DNA of 64,000 nucleotides from a virus, in IMG/VR virus record IMGVR_UViG_3300025085_000010, positions 1 through 64,000 of that record; one strand, 5' to 3'. A program made the position numbers and the translations under genes. The notes under the pieces were generated by a model. The model did no database searches. It was not told the origin of the DNA and saw only the letters and a program-made list of their open reading frames with translations. Positions 26,401 to 35,050 of the stretch are shown in pieces; within the stretch, counting starts at the first letter, position 1; each line of letters begins with the position of its first letter.

Positions 26401-27958
26401 TATTGCATCGATGGGTAGAAACGTCAGGTTGACTGTTGCTGGAATTGGAATCACTAACGAAATTATTCTTAATAATGTTCAAGGCGAATTTGTTGTTGGT
26501 GCTGCTAAGACTCTTGGATACTTTACAAGTGCTGGTGCAGCTACAACGTTGAATAATGATCTTCCAGGAGCACCTGGAGGAGATGTTCAGATTTCCTCAA
26601 TAAATGTTGATAATGATGGAATGCACTTTACCGTGGACCACAAAAACCATGGAATGTATTTCTCCGATAACCAGGTGAAGATTTCTGGCGTTCGTGGTGA
26701 TGTTAAGCCAACTAAACTTACAGTTGAACTTCCTTTAGGATCTACAGATGGTGTTACTGTTTCTTCAGCATCCTCATTCACAACATTTGAAAATGTTGGA
26801 GTTGGAACAACCAACGTAGGTTATCTACAGATTGGCGATGAAATCATTACCTATACTCAAGTTGCCGGAAACACACTTAGTGGAACCATTACAAGAGGGG
26901 CAAATCCCAGAACGTATCCTGTCGGTACTCCAATTTACAAATATGAACTTGGTGGCGTTAACTTACAGAGAATTAATAGAACTCATGATTTGAGTGATGT
27001 TACGCAAACAGATCCATTTACGTTCGACTCTTATAAAGTCAAACTGGATATGAGCAGCACTACTGGGACTGAAAGAAGCACTGATGTTGGATATCCTAAA
27101 CTATACATGGGAGCTACAAGATCTGCTGGTGGATATGGTATCAAGGCTACACAAAATATGCCTTTTGAAATTATCACTCCAAACGTTCAAAATCTCACTG
27201 TTTCTGGCACATCTATTTCTGCTGAAGTTAGAACTGTTTCAAGTAAGAGTTTCAGTGGAAATGAAATCCCTTACGTTGATAAGGGATTTGAAGACATTAC
27301 CATCAATAAAAAGAATTACTTTGATTCTCCAAGAATGATTGCATCTAAGGTTAACGAAGATGCTAATCTCACAACGATTGAAGGTAATAAGTCTATGAAC
27401 ATGAGACTGTTCCTCACGTCAACTGATACTCGTATTAGTCCTGTTATCGACTCTCAAAGAGTCAGTGCAATTCTAACATCAAACAGAGTTAATAATATTA
27501 TCACTGATTATGCAACCGATTCTAGAGTTGATACAGTTGACGAAGATCCAACTGGATGTCAGTATATCTCTAAAGAGATTGTTTTGGAAAATCCAGCATC
27601 TTCCCTCAAGATTATTCTTGCAGGACATTTTACTGACGTGAATGATATTAGATCATTCTACTGTGTCAGTAACAAACCAGGTCTTGAGCCTATCTTTACT
27701 CCGTTTCCTGGATACACTAATCTTAACTCTAGAGGTCAGATTATTGCTCCAGAAAATAGTAATGGTGAACCAGATGTATTTGTTCTCAAATCAAATACAT
27801 ATGGATATGACAGCAGAGATCTAGATTATAGAGAGTATACGTTCACTATTGATCAATTACCATCATTTAGAACGTATAGAGTGAAATTGAATCTGACTTC
27901 TACAAGTCAGTGCTTTGTCCCAAGAGTCAAAGAACTTAGAGTTATCGCCTTAGCATAA
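20417..27958 (+). CDS. Large virion structural protein (VrlC/DUF4815-like, 2513 aa)
   Basis: N-terminal NLNVAPYFDDFD...VLFKPGYPVQARELTTLQSILQNQ, APGADRL, GFFVDNF and DPLAQSF. Follows gp8 as in cyanomyoviruses. Confidence 0.85.
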   Translation: MPQQTNLNVAPYFDDFDAANDYHKVLFKPGYPVQARELTTLQSILQNQIEKFGQHFFKEGAKVIPGNIGYSQLYYCVQLENTYQGVPVSAYADQLVGTKITGQTSGVTAFVDNVLLPEDSERGNLTLYINYLTSSTGNNSTQTFFDGELLTCNEVVTSGLLGNTTIAAGSPLASTLTNAATATGSSFQIENGVYFIRGNFINVDRENLLLDQYGTTPSYRIGLFINEEIVNADLDETLNDNSQGFNNYAAPGADRLRISTSLFKKPLDDFNDDNFILLATVINGVLQSQQKKKKNYGGVFYDDLTDVLARRTFDESGHYFVKAFNISAVNSLNDGLGNDGIFETGQFTPSGTTPTDDLALYKIGPGKAYVKGYEIETLSAKYLDVDKPRTTKTIENQNIAYNTGPTLKINRVFRSPTVGFGTYVVSLRDQRVGSNQQTTPGNEIGVARVYDFKLESGSYDAANGNVNEWNLALYDVQTNVEIAVNQSTTLSVPTFVKGANSGATGFLRHAVSAGTAVTVYETEGSFVPFEKLIFNGIEGGRVAIAITEHGIADVKSVYGMDGYDGTSTTVGINTFSADVIQSTKFSAGIATVSALSGGISTITAKKTAFPGTLVKENDLIEYTDTTAGLRNDPIVARVVGVATTTITVAAVEDVVGVASAFLPAATLDVTDLKVLKTDLASISDSSLYTPLAKRNVSNVDISEATLVIRKTFSVDIANNQLSSQVVAGTNETFLQFDEERYLLTRSDGSTEVLTADKFDVGADGKTLQIRNLSTDDTGATLVATLNKTSPKAKVKIKNRVNSIIVDKSKLAGSGIGSTTLNNGLTSGNYPFGTRVEDEIVSLNFPDIIEIHGIYESADTSAASAPNMTLQSINSASTTTTELLIGEQIVGQTSGARAIVSEKLNDSTITFIRKTETVFVEGETIEAQESNIGAIISSIGTPSFNISANYKFKTGQEETFYDHGRLKRKKGKSSPAKQLKIYFSSAFFDSTDTGDVVTVNSYNNFDYADEIRSVETYRTSDIIDIRPRVAEYTVDADVRSPLEFFGRSFNTSGQTAANTLASDESIILDYSYYQGRIDRVYLSKDGRFQIIYGTPSDDPQRPEPIDDAIELCTVSLPPYLYAPSDAKLAFLDYKRYQMKDIKKLEDRIKSLEYYTTLSLLEKETANFFVPDAEGLNRFKSGFFVDNFNDFSAQEDRIDINNAIDRKYNELRPRHYTNAVDMIFGPVVDTDASDDVNFAAIEGNNVRKENDVLTLDYSEVEYISQTFATRTESVTPFLISFWNGTLELTPASDNWVDTARLQAKIIDVEGDYASTFNRLADNGTIDPQTGFGPMVWDSWETNWTGVEVVDATRTRVINNGPDVIHQGESWRPGRSTSTRTVTDQVIEEQLRTTREFGTVSRNGVRTIVTEQFDQESVGDRTVSRDLIPFMRSRNVEFVAKKVKPLTRLYAFFDGVDISKYCVPKLLEITMSSGTFQVGETVSGTSGVIAGLIDQFRPDAQPAIKFRVAQSNHREGPYDSPTKTYPQNPYSNIDLASTYSSTATILNVDTASLSSEVRGDFFGYTAAGMTLVGETSGAFAQVTNVRLVSDLSSTLIGSYFVPNGNNINHPRFECGTKTFTLVNDIDNNQDDATTIAEESFSAEGTLETVQENIVSVRNARVELKNEFQSRNVSRDLGTEVVSSEVIGSRTRTQTIISYYDPLAQSFLVEDETGVFLTSCDVFFRSKDDMDIPVVFQLRSMKNGLPTSKVLPFSEIVLDPGDVITSADGSIATNVQFKAPVYLEGGTEYAICLASNSTKYSVYISRIGENDLLTDTFISNQPYLGSLFKSQNASTWEPSQWEDLKFTLYRADFIENGSVEFYSPELTEGNRQIPNLLPDSINLNSRQIRVGLGTTVADSGYEIGNTFYQLGTNATGDLVGTAGSATGNLSITNAGLGLTPADGSFTFAGVNLVTITGNGRGATAEVSVNNGAIVASGATIATGGSGYQIGDVLGITTIGIASMGRNVRLTVAGIGITNEIILNNVQGEFVVGAAKTLGYFTSAGAATTLNNDLPGAPGGDVQISSINVDNDGMHFTVDHKNHGMYFSDNQVKISGVRGDVKPTKLTVELPLGSTDGVTVSSASSFTTFENVGVGTTNVGYLQIGDEIITYTQVAGNTLSGTITRGANPRTYPVGTPIYKYELGGVNLQRINRTHDLSDVTQTDPFTFDSYKVKLDMSSTTGTERSTDVGYPKLYMGATRSAGGYGIKATQNMPFEIITPNVQNLTVSGTSISAEVRTVSSKSFSGNEIPYVDKGFEDITINKKNYFDSPRMIASKVNEDANLTTIEGNKSMNMRLFLTSTDTRISPVIDSQRVSAILTSNRVNNIITDYATDSRVDTVDEDPTGCQYISKEIVLENPASSLKIILAGHFTDVNDIRSFYCVSNKPGLEPIFTPFPGYTNLNSRGQIIAPENSNGEPDVFVLKSNTYGYDSRDLDYREYTFTIDQLPSFRTYRVKLNLTSTSQCFVPRVKELRVIALA

Positions 27959-27959
27959 T

Positions 27960-28187
27960 ATGGATTTTTATGGATTAGAGGGTCATAAGGATCTCGCAAG
28001 AGATCCTGATACAAATGCAGTTGTTAATGTTAATACCTTAGAGTATCAACAGTATCTTTCAAGACGTAATGTGAAAACTGAAAAGAATTATAAGGTACAG
28101 AACATGGAGCAAGAACTTGCTAACATGAAGGGCGATATTGATGAAATTAAGTTTTTACTAAAGGAGTTATTACATGGACCCAAATGA
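27960..28187 (+). CDS. Small coiled-coil hypothetical protein
   Basis: EGHKDLARDPDTNAVVN followed by a C-terminal heptad pattern. Directly follows the VrlC-like gene. Confidence 0.8.
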   Translation: MDFYGLEGHKDLARDPDTNAVVNVNTLEYQQYLSRRNVKTEKNYKVQNMEQELANMKGDIDEIKFLLKELLHGPK

Positions 28188-28356
28188 TATAGAACTTTCA
28201 AATCTATCAAAAAGTTTTGCTTATCAAAAACTTGCTGCTGAAATAGATAATTGTGAGGATCGTGATGAACTTAGAAATATTGCAAAATCTTTCATTAAAC
28301 TATATTATAAACAACAAGAAACTATGGCAGTAATAGGTATTCCAAATGGCATCTAA
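28174..28356 (+). CDS. Small helical protein, NblA-like (tentative)
   Basis: 60 aa, two predicted helices. The IELSxLxxxF...D..R......KLY..QQET pattern resembles NblA. Overlaps both neighbours; GGAG upstream. Confidence 0.5.
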   Translation: MDPNDIELSNLSKSFAYQKLAAEIDNCEDRDELRNIAKSFIKLYYKQQETMAVIGIPNGI

Positions 28357-28744
28357 AACAATTACCTTTGATAAAAGTTCTGGAGTTGCATACGGACTCA
28401 ACTTGACGATGTATGGTGGATCTGATTTTGAGGTTACTTTGAATGTAAAAACTACATCAAGCGGTGCATTTGATTTAACTAATTACAGCGGGGCGGGAGC
28501 TATGTCTAAGAGTGTTGCCGTTGGAGCAACACTTGGAATAACTTCTGCATTTACTGTGGGATTTACAAGTGCATTTGATGGTGTAATGAAATTGTCTTTG
28601 GCTGCGGTTAATACTAGAGCAACTACAGAGGGTAGATACGTTTACGATGTATTAGTAAAAGAGTCTGTTGGTGGAGGAGCAACCACATATCCTCTGGTTA
28701 GCGGCAACGTGACAGTAATTAATCCAGTATCGTCAGCACCCTAA
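28346..28744 (+). CDS. Ig-like virion structural protein
   Basis: Beta-rich DF...FDLTNYS....SK....G.M.LSL....T.....GRYVYDV....G.V.V.P pattern, common in cyanophage structural accessory proteins. Confidence 0.7.
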   Translation: MASKTITFDKSSGVAYGLNLTMYGGSDFEVTLNVKTTSSGAFDLTNYSGAGAMSKSVAVGATLGITSAFTVGFTSAFDGVMKLSLAAVNTRATTEGRYVYDVLVKESVGGGATTYPLVSGNVTVINPVSSAP

Positions 28745-28770
28745 ATACACTTAGGAAACTTGTGAAATAA

Positions 28771-29619
28771 ATGGCAAAACCAGCAAGTAGGACAGATCTA
28801 GTAAATTATTGCAAAAGGCAACTAGGGGCTCCTGTCCTAGAAATTAATATTGCTGATGAACAAGTAGATGATTTAGTGGATGATGCTCTGCAGATATTTC
28901 ATGAACGTGATTATGATGGAGTAACGCAAGCATTTTTAAAATATAAAATAACTCAGGATGATATTGATAGAGGAAGAGCTAGAGGCGGAACCAATAATGC
29001 TGCTGGAATAACAACCACTACAAATACTTCTACAATTGATGGTGCTACTGTAACTTTTTCTTTTGAAGAAAATAGTAACTATCTTAAGGTTCCCCCTGAA
29101 GTTCTTGGCGTAAATAAAATATTTAAATTTGATGGATCAAACACTGTAACAAATAACATGTTTAGTGTTAAGTACCAGTTATTCCTCAACGATATCTATT
29201 ATTGGGGATCGACTGAAATTTTGACTTATAATATGACAAAACGATATCTTGAGGATATTGATTTTGCTTTAAGTACTGAAAAGATGATTCGATTTAATCA
29301 AAGATCGGATAGACTTTATTTGGATATTGATTGGGGATCTGTAAACGTTGATGATTATATTATAATTGATTGCTATCGTTTGTTAGATCCAGATACTCAT
29401 ACAAGAGTTTGGAATGATTCATTCTTAAAACGATACTTAACTGCTTTGATGAAGAGACAGTGGGGTCAAAATCTTATTAAATTCCAAGGAGTAAAACTAC
29501 CAGGTGGAATCGAACTAAATGGTCGTCAAATTTATGACGATGCTGAAAAAGAATTACAAATAATAAGAGAGCAGATGTCAAATACTTATGAACTCCCCCC
29601 ATACGATATGATAGGTTGA
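28771..29619 (+). CDS. gp13: Neck protein gp13
   Basis: YCKRQLGAPVLEIN and KRQWGQNLIKFQGVKLPGGIELNG. TAAATA at 28742-28747. Confidence 0.95.
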   Translation: MAKPASRTDLVNYCKRQLGAPVLEINIADEQVDDLVDDALQIFHERDYDGVTQAFLKYKITQDDIDRGRARGGTNNAAGITTTTNTSTIDGATVTFSFEENSNYLKVPPEVLGVNKIFKFDGSNTVTNNMFSVKYQLFLNDIYYWGSTEILTYNMTKRYLEDIDFALSTEKMIRFNQRSDRLYLDIDWGSVNVDDYIIIDCYRLLDPDTHTRVWNDSFLKRYLTALMKRQWGQNLIKFQGVKLPGGIELNGRQIYDDAEKELQIIREQMSNTYELPPYDMIG

Positions 29620-29623
29620 TATC

Positions 29624-31078
29624 ATGGTATTAAATCCTTTCTTTACACAAGGCACATCCTCTGAACAAAACCTTGTTCAGGATTTGATAAATGAGCAGCT
29701 CAGGACTTATGGTATAGATATCTTTTATCTACCCAGAAAATTTATGACAGAAAATACTGTCATAAGAGAAGTTGTGCAGTCAAAGTTTGATATGGCACTT
29801 CCTCTTGAGGCATATGTCGACAACTATGATCAGTATTCTGGTGCAGGAAATATTCTTTCAAAGTTTGGAATTGAGTCAAAAGATGAAGTAAGACTTATTA
29901 TCTCAAGGGATAGGTTTGAAAACTATATTACCCCTTTGATTGAAGATCAGGCAAATGTAAAACTATCAACCAGACCAAAGAGTGGAGACCTTATTTGGTT
30001 CCCTCTTGACGATAGGATCTATGAGATCAAAGATATTGAATATGCAAAACCATATTATCAGTTACAAAATCTCTATGTTTATGAATTATATTGCGAACTC
30101 TTCCGTCTTGAGGATGAGGTTATTGCAACTGGTATTGATGATATCGATAACAACCTTATCGGTGAAGAATATGATGGTCTTACTGATGATGGTATCAACA
30201 CCATTCAAGGTCCAACACAAACACTTACTCTAGTTGGTGCTGGCGTAACGGCAACTGCGACTGCTGCTATCTTTGATGGTGGTATTAGATCGTTTACTGT
30301 AACAAATAGAGGCGGTGGATATAGTGTTGTTCCAACAGTGGGCGTTACATCAGCTCCCGCTGGAGGAATCACTGGTGTTGGTATCGCCACTATGATTGGT
30401 GGTATAAATGTATGTAATCAAAATACAAATGCAAAATTACAATCAGTCCAAGCAGTAAATGTAGTAAAATCTGGTGCTGGTTACACAGTTGCTCCTGGCG
30501 TAAGATTTGGTGTTCCATCAAATCAAACAGGAAGCGGTGCTACTGCAACGGCAACGATTGGTGATGGTGTTGTTGGTATTATCACCGTCACATCTGGTGG
30601 TGGAGGATATATAGATGCACCAACAATCACGTTCACTAATCAAATATTTGATGTGGGTGTAACCACTGCAGTTGCTGTCGCATATCCAATTGTAAGTGCT
30701 GCTGGAACCATTTCAGCAATTCACCTTTCAAATACTGGTGTTGGATATTCTATTGCACCTACTATTGTTGTGAGTGATCCAGAAAGTTCTGGGTCAGGAA
30801 CCTTTACATTTAATGAAATCGTGACCGGATCTTCTAGTGGAACAACAGGAAGAGTTCGAGTTTGGAACTCTGAGACAAGCACTCTTGAAGTTGGAACAGT
30901 CACTGGAGAATTTACCGTTGGAGAAAATATTGTTGGATCTACATCTGGAGCATCTTATGCTTTACGTGTTGCAGATACTAATCCAGCAGATGATGGATTT
31001 GCAGATAATATCAATATTGAAACCGAAGCTGATTCAATTCTCGACTTTAGTGAAAGGAACCCCTTTGGTATTCCCTAA
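29624..31078 (+). CDS. gp14: Neck protein gp14 with beta-repeat insertion
   Basis: EQNLVQDLINE..YG.DIFYLPR, LSKFG, RPKSGDLIWFP and C-terminal LDFSERNPFG. Confidence 0.95.
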   Translation: MVLNPFFTQGTSSEQNLVQDLINEQLRTYGIDIFYLPRKFMTENTVIREVVQSKFDMALPLEAYVDNYDQYSGAGNILSKFGIESKDEVRLIISRDRFENYITPLIEDQANVKLSTRPKSGDLIWFPLDDRIYEIKDIEYAKPYYQLQNLYVYELYCELFRLEDEVIATGIDDIDNNLIGEEYDGLTDDGINTIQGPTQTLTLVGAGVTATATAAIFDGGIRSFTVTNRGGGYSVVPTVGVTSAPAGGITGVGIATMIGGINVCNQNTNAKLQSVQAVNVVKSGAGYTVAPGVRFGVPSNQTGSGATATATIGDGVVGIITVTSGGGGYIDAPTITFTNQIFDVGVTTAVAVAYPIVSAAGTISAIHLSNTGVGYSIAPTIVVSDPESSGSGTFTFNEIVTGSSSGTTGRVRVWNSETSTLEVGTVTGEFTVGENIVGSTSGASYALRVADTNPADDGFADNINIETEADSILDFSERNPFGIP

Positions 31079-31118
31079 ATAAAAATATCTTAATATAAAG
31101 ATATTGTAGGACTTAAAA

Positions 31119-32117
31119 ATGTTTGAGTATTTTTACAACGAAGTTTTGAGGAGGACCATTATATCTTTTGGTACTCTATTTAACAACATTTCGATTAAGC
31201 ACGAAGATTCTTCGGATAACGTTGTTAGCGTTGTAAAAATTCCTCTGGCATATGGTCCTACTCAGAAATTTCTGGCAAGAATAAACCAGTCGCCAGATCT
31301 CAACAAGCCATTTGCCATCACTTTGCCAAGGATGTCATTTGAGTTTACTGGATTGACTTATGATCCTTCACGTAAGGTTTCTACAGTTCAAAACTTTACT
31401 ATAAAAGATCCTAATGATGGATCTATTGTAAAAAAACAGTATATGCCTGTTCCTTACAATATGCAATTTGAGTTGGCAATCATGTCAAAATTAAATGATG
31501 ATGCTCTTCAAATTATTGAACAAATCTTACCATACTTTCAACCAGCATATAATCTTACGGTTGAATTAGTAGAGTCAATTCAAGAGAAAAAAGATATTCC
31601 TGTGATATTAGAAAATATCACCATGCAAGATGATTATGAGGGAGATTTCACTTCTAGAAGAGTTCTTCTTTATACCCTAAGATTTACGGCAAAAACATAT
31701 CTGTTTGGTCCAGCAACTACTGCAACCAAGGATATCATCAAGAGGGCTTCTATCAGTTACCTCACTGGAACCGACACCTCCAACACCACCAGAGAGGTTA
31801 CTTACACAGCAACACCAAGAGCAACTCAAAATTATACTGGAGATGCTGCTACTACTCTCACAGCAGACATTACCAAGATAGCAAAAACCTTTGAAGTTGC
31901 TGATGGTAGCACACTGACTGCTGAAACTTATATTAATATTGAGGGTGAGCAGATGTTCTTGAAATCTATCAGTGGAAATAATATCACTGTTAGACGTGGA
32001 GAAGATAAAACAACGGCTACAATTCACCTCGGTGGAACAGAAATTCACGAAATCACTGCTGCTGATAATGCACTTATTGAATCAGGCGATAATTTTGGAT
32101 TTGATGGTTCGTTCTGA
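31119..32117 (+). CDS. gp15: Tail sheath stabilizer / completion protein gp15
   Basis: FGTLFNNI, PLAYGPTQKFLAR, LPRMSFE and QIIEQILPYFQP. TAAATA at 31076-31081. Confidence 0.95.
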   Translation: MFEYFYNEVLRRTIISFGTLFNNISIKHEDSSDNVVSVVKIPLAYGPTQKFLARINQSPDLNKPFAITLPRMSFEFTGLTYDPSRKVSTVQNFTIKDPNDGSIVKKQYMPVPYNMQFELAIMSKLNDDALQIIEQILPYFQPAYNLTVELVESIQEKKDIPVILENITMQDDYEGDFTSRRVLLYTLRFTAKTYLFGPATTATKDIIKRASISYLTGTDTSNTTREVTYTATPRATQNYTGDAATTLTADITKIAKTFEVADGSTLTAETYINIEGEQMFLKSISGNNITVRRGEDKTTATIHLGGTEIHEITAADNALIESGDNFGFDGSF

Positions 32118-32545
32118 TGAAAATGACAAAAAACTTTGACGATCTAAATGACACATTCAATACCTCTGGTGACGTTATCAAACCAGAAGTTGTTGAAAGT
32201 AAAATTGAAAGAGTAAAAGAAGGTGTAGATGATATAAAAAAAGATTACGAATATACTAGAGGCAACTTATATTCGATTATAGAAAAAGGACAAGAAGCTC
32301 TTAATGGTGTTCTTGAACTTGCTCAAGAGAGTGAGATGCCTAGAGCGTATGAAGTCGCAGGTCAGTTGATCAAAAACGTTGCTGATGCAACTGATAAATT
32401 ATTAGATCTTCAAAAGAAACTGAAAGACGTTGAAGCAGAAGAAAAGATTAAAGGACCATCTACAGTCAATAATGCTTTGTTTGTTGGATCGACTGCAGAT
32501 CTTGCAAAGATGTTAAAGGATGGACTGAAAGAAGATCCTAAATAA
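32117..32545 (+). CDS. gp16: Terminase small subunit gp16
   Basis: DYEYTRGNL, PRAYEVAGQLIK and NNALFVGSTADL. Confidence 0.93.
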   Translation: MKMTKNFDDLNDTFNTSGDVIKPEVVESKIERVKEGVDDIKKDYEYTRGNLYSIIEKGQEALNGVLELAQESEMPRAYEVAGQLIKNVADATDKLLDLQKKLKDVEAEEKIKGPSTVNNALFVGSTADLAKMLKDGLKEDPK

Positions 32546-32586
32546 TATCGGGAGAGAAATCCCGAAGTATTTAAGTTACTAATAAA

Positions 32587-35025
32587 ATGTCGAAAGAAGA
32601 CTTGCCTTCTATTGATGATTTGGTCAATAACGATCTACCATCAATTGAAGATTTTATAACAGAAGAGAACGCAGAGGAACTCCCTTCTGTTGAAGACTAT
32701 ATTGAGTTAGAAGAAAGCACTCAAACCATAGAAGATGCAGACGGAAATACATTTGCAGAAATACAAGATATAATACCACCTTGGCCAGAACTGGTCAGAA
32801 TGATTAATGATGTTAGATCAGATATTCCTGACATTCCAGAAGTAAAATATTATGATAAAGAACTTGAGGAACTTGCAGAACAGATTAGTAATCTTCCTGA
32901 AGTCAGATACTATGATAGAGAAGTAGAAGCAATATGTGATCAGGTAGATCTTGTAAGGGAACAGATCAAAGTTCTACCTGAGGTCAAGTATTATGATGAG
33001 CAAGTTGATGCTATTGAAGATAGAATTGACACTCTTCAAACTGAGGTAACAAACTTACCAGAGGTCAAATATTATGATGCTGAGATCGCAGCAATTTGTG
33101 AGGCTATTGATACGGTAAAAGCATCTATTCCACAGTTTCCTAAGTGGGTTAATGAAATAAATGAAGTTCCAGACTTCTCATGGATTGGTAAAACTTTTAG
33201 TGTTATTGATGATGACTTTGTAAAGGTTAACGATACTATTGAAGGACTAAGAGGAAAGGTTGAATTTGATCTTGAACAACTTTCTGAAGATGTTGAAACA
33301 AAGCATTTTAATAGCACGATCAAGATTGAGAATGACATCTCCAATCTGAGTGAAAAAGTAGATACTCGTATTGATGAAGAGAAAGATAAGATCTGGAAAG
33401 AACTCAGATCATCATCTCTCAAGATGTGGGAGTACCATAAAGAGTTTAAAGACGATGATCGCAAACTCAAGAAACAAATTCTTGGGGAATATAATACTCT
33501 CAAGCAAAACATTAATAAAGAACTTAAGGAGATTAATTACACCAGCACCAAGACTGATGAGTTACTTCTAAAGTATTTTACTGAGCTAAGAGAAGAGATC
33601 TCAGGACTTCCAGAAGTTAAGTATTATGATAAAGATATTGACTATGTAAAATCTGATATCAAAGGACTCTATAAAATTATAGAGGAAATTAAATCATCTC
33701 AAAAACAACTGAAAGAAGAGCAAGAACTCCTAGCAGAGACAAATGTTCCTCTTGGGATGGACTCCCCAGATACAAATAATCCAGACCCTCTTACGCCACT
33801 TGATCAGAACTTTGTTACTCTGGATCAGTTGCAGACACACTACAAGAGATTTGTAGAGAGGGTACAGTATCAACTCGGATCTATCGGTGGCGGTGGTGCA
33901 GGATTTATTAGAGATCTTGATGATGTAACCTTTGATGCTACAGATGGTCAGTTACTGATCTATAACTCATCTACATCAAAATGGGTTGGTATTGCCAGCA
34001 CTGCAGTTGGTGGTGGAGATGCATCTACATTAGCAGAAAATACAACAGGAACGAACCTTGTACTTTCAGGAAATTTAACAGTTGCAGGTATTGCAACATA
34101 TGAAGATGTAAGAAATATAGATTCTATCGGTATTGTTACTGCAAGAAGTGGAATTAAAGTTCTAGATGGTGGCATCAACGTAGTTGGTGTTTCCACGATT
34201 AGCACTGGTGTTGGTACAATTCATGTTGGTGTTGGATCGACAGCACTTTTGGTTGAAGGTGATGCAAGAGTAACTGGTATCCTTACAATTGGACAAGGAT
34301 CAATTACTTTAGATCCAAACACAAAACAAGTCACTGGTATTGATGAAATCGTTGTTGGATCTGGAGCATCTTTATCATTAGCACCTCTATTCGCCAGTTC
34401 AGCCAAGTTTGTTATTGATTATTCTTCATTAACTTTACAAGGATATAACTCAAATAATGAAGGAACTTATGAAAGGCAAAGCACTTCTTTTGTACTAAGC
34501 ACTGCACCAACTACATCTGGTAGTGCTAGATTCCAAGAGACAAGTGGATTTTATTACTTCTTACATGAAAGTGATAATTCAAAAATAATTATTTTCAATA
34601 TAGTTACTGGAAACTGGGACGCAGTTCATAGTTTTGGATCTGATTTTTCTTCTCCAAGTAGTGGGACACTAGTAAATCCAGTATCAAATTATTCTTTTGT
34701 TACTCCAGTTAGAGCTAATTTTGATGACACTGGCAGAGCATATCCAGGATCTGGTTTTGGAGTTGTATATAAAACGACAGTTAGTGAGCAAACACAATCT
34801 ATTGGTATTGCAACTGCAAGTTCTTTAGTTGTATCTGGTATTGCAACTGTTTCAACGGCATTCTATATGCCACAATACACAACATCGGCAAGAGATGCAG
34901 CTACCTTTGCTGAAGGTGCGATGATATACAATACAACAACTAAGAAAATGGAGTTCTATAATGGATCATCCTGGCAGTCGTTGCCTGGAATGTCGCTTGG
35001 TCTTACTGTGGCACTTGATGGATGA
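32587..35025 (+). CDS. Segmented coiled-coil fibre-like virion protein with PEVKYYD repeats (812 aa)
   Basis: Five (L/I)PEV(K/R)YYD repeats punctuate heptads. Also a GGGGAG linker, a DLDDV...LIYNS...KWV fibre motif and C-terminal GAMIYNTTTKKMEFYNG..W. TAAATA at 32539-32544. Confidence 0.7.
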   Translation: MSKEDLPSIDDLVNNDLPSIEDFITEENAEELPSVEDYIELEESTQTIEDADGNTFAEIQDIIPPWPELVRMINDVRSDIPDIPEVKYYDKELEELAEQISNLPEVRYYDREVEAICDQVDLVREQIKVLPEVKYYDEQVDAIEDRIDTLQTEVTNLPEVKYYDAEIAAICEAIDTVKASIPQFPKWVNEINEVPDFSWIGKTFSVIDDDFVKVNDTIEGLRGKVEFDLEQLSEDVETKHFNSTIKIENDISNLSEKVDTRIDEEKDKIWKELRSSSLKMWEYHKEFKDDDRKLKKQILGEYNTLKQNINKELKEINYTSTKTDELLLKYFTELREEISGLPEVKYYDKDIDYVKSDIKGLYKIIEEIKSSQKQLKEEQELLAETNVPLGMDSPDTNNPDPLTPLDQNFVTLDQLQTHYKRFVERVQYQLGSIGGGGAGFIRDLDDVTFDATDGQLLIYNSSTSKWVGIASTAVGGGDASTLAENTTGTNLVLSGNLTVAGIATYEDVRNIDSIGIVTARSGIKVLDGGINVVGVSTISTGVGTIHVGVGSTALLVEGDARVTGILTIGQGSITLDPNTKQVTGIDEIVVGSGASLSLAPLFASSAKFVIDYSSLTLQGYNSNNEGTYERQSTSFVLSTAPTTSGSARFQETSGFYYFLHESDNSKIIIFNIVTGNWDAVHSFGSDFSSPSSGTLVNPVSNYSFVTPVRANFDDTGRAYPGSGFGVVYKTTVSEQTQSIGIATASSLVVSGIATVSTAFYMPQYTTSARDAATFAEGAMIYNTTTKKMEFYNGSSWQSLPGMSLGLTVALDG

Positions 35026-35050
35026 TAAATAATAAGGAGTAATCACTCTT

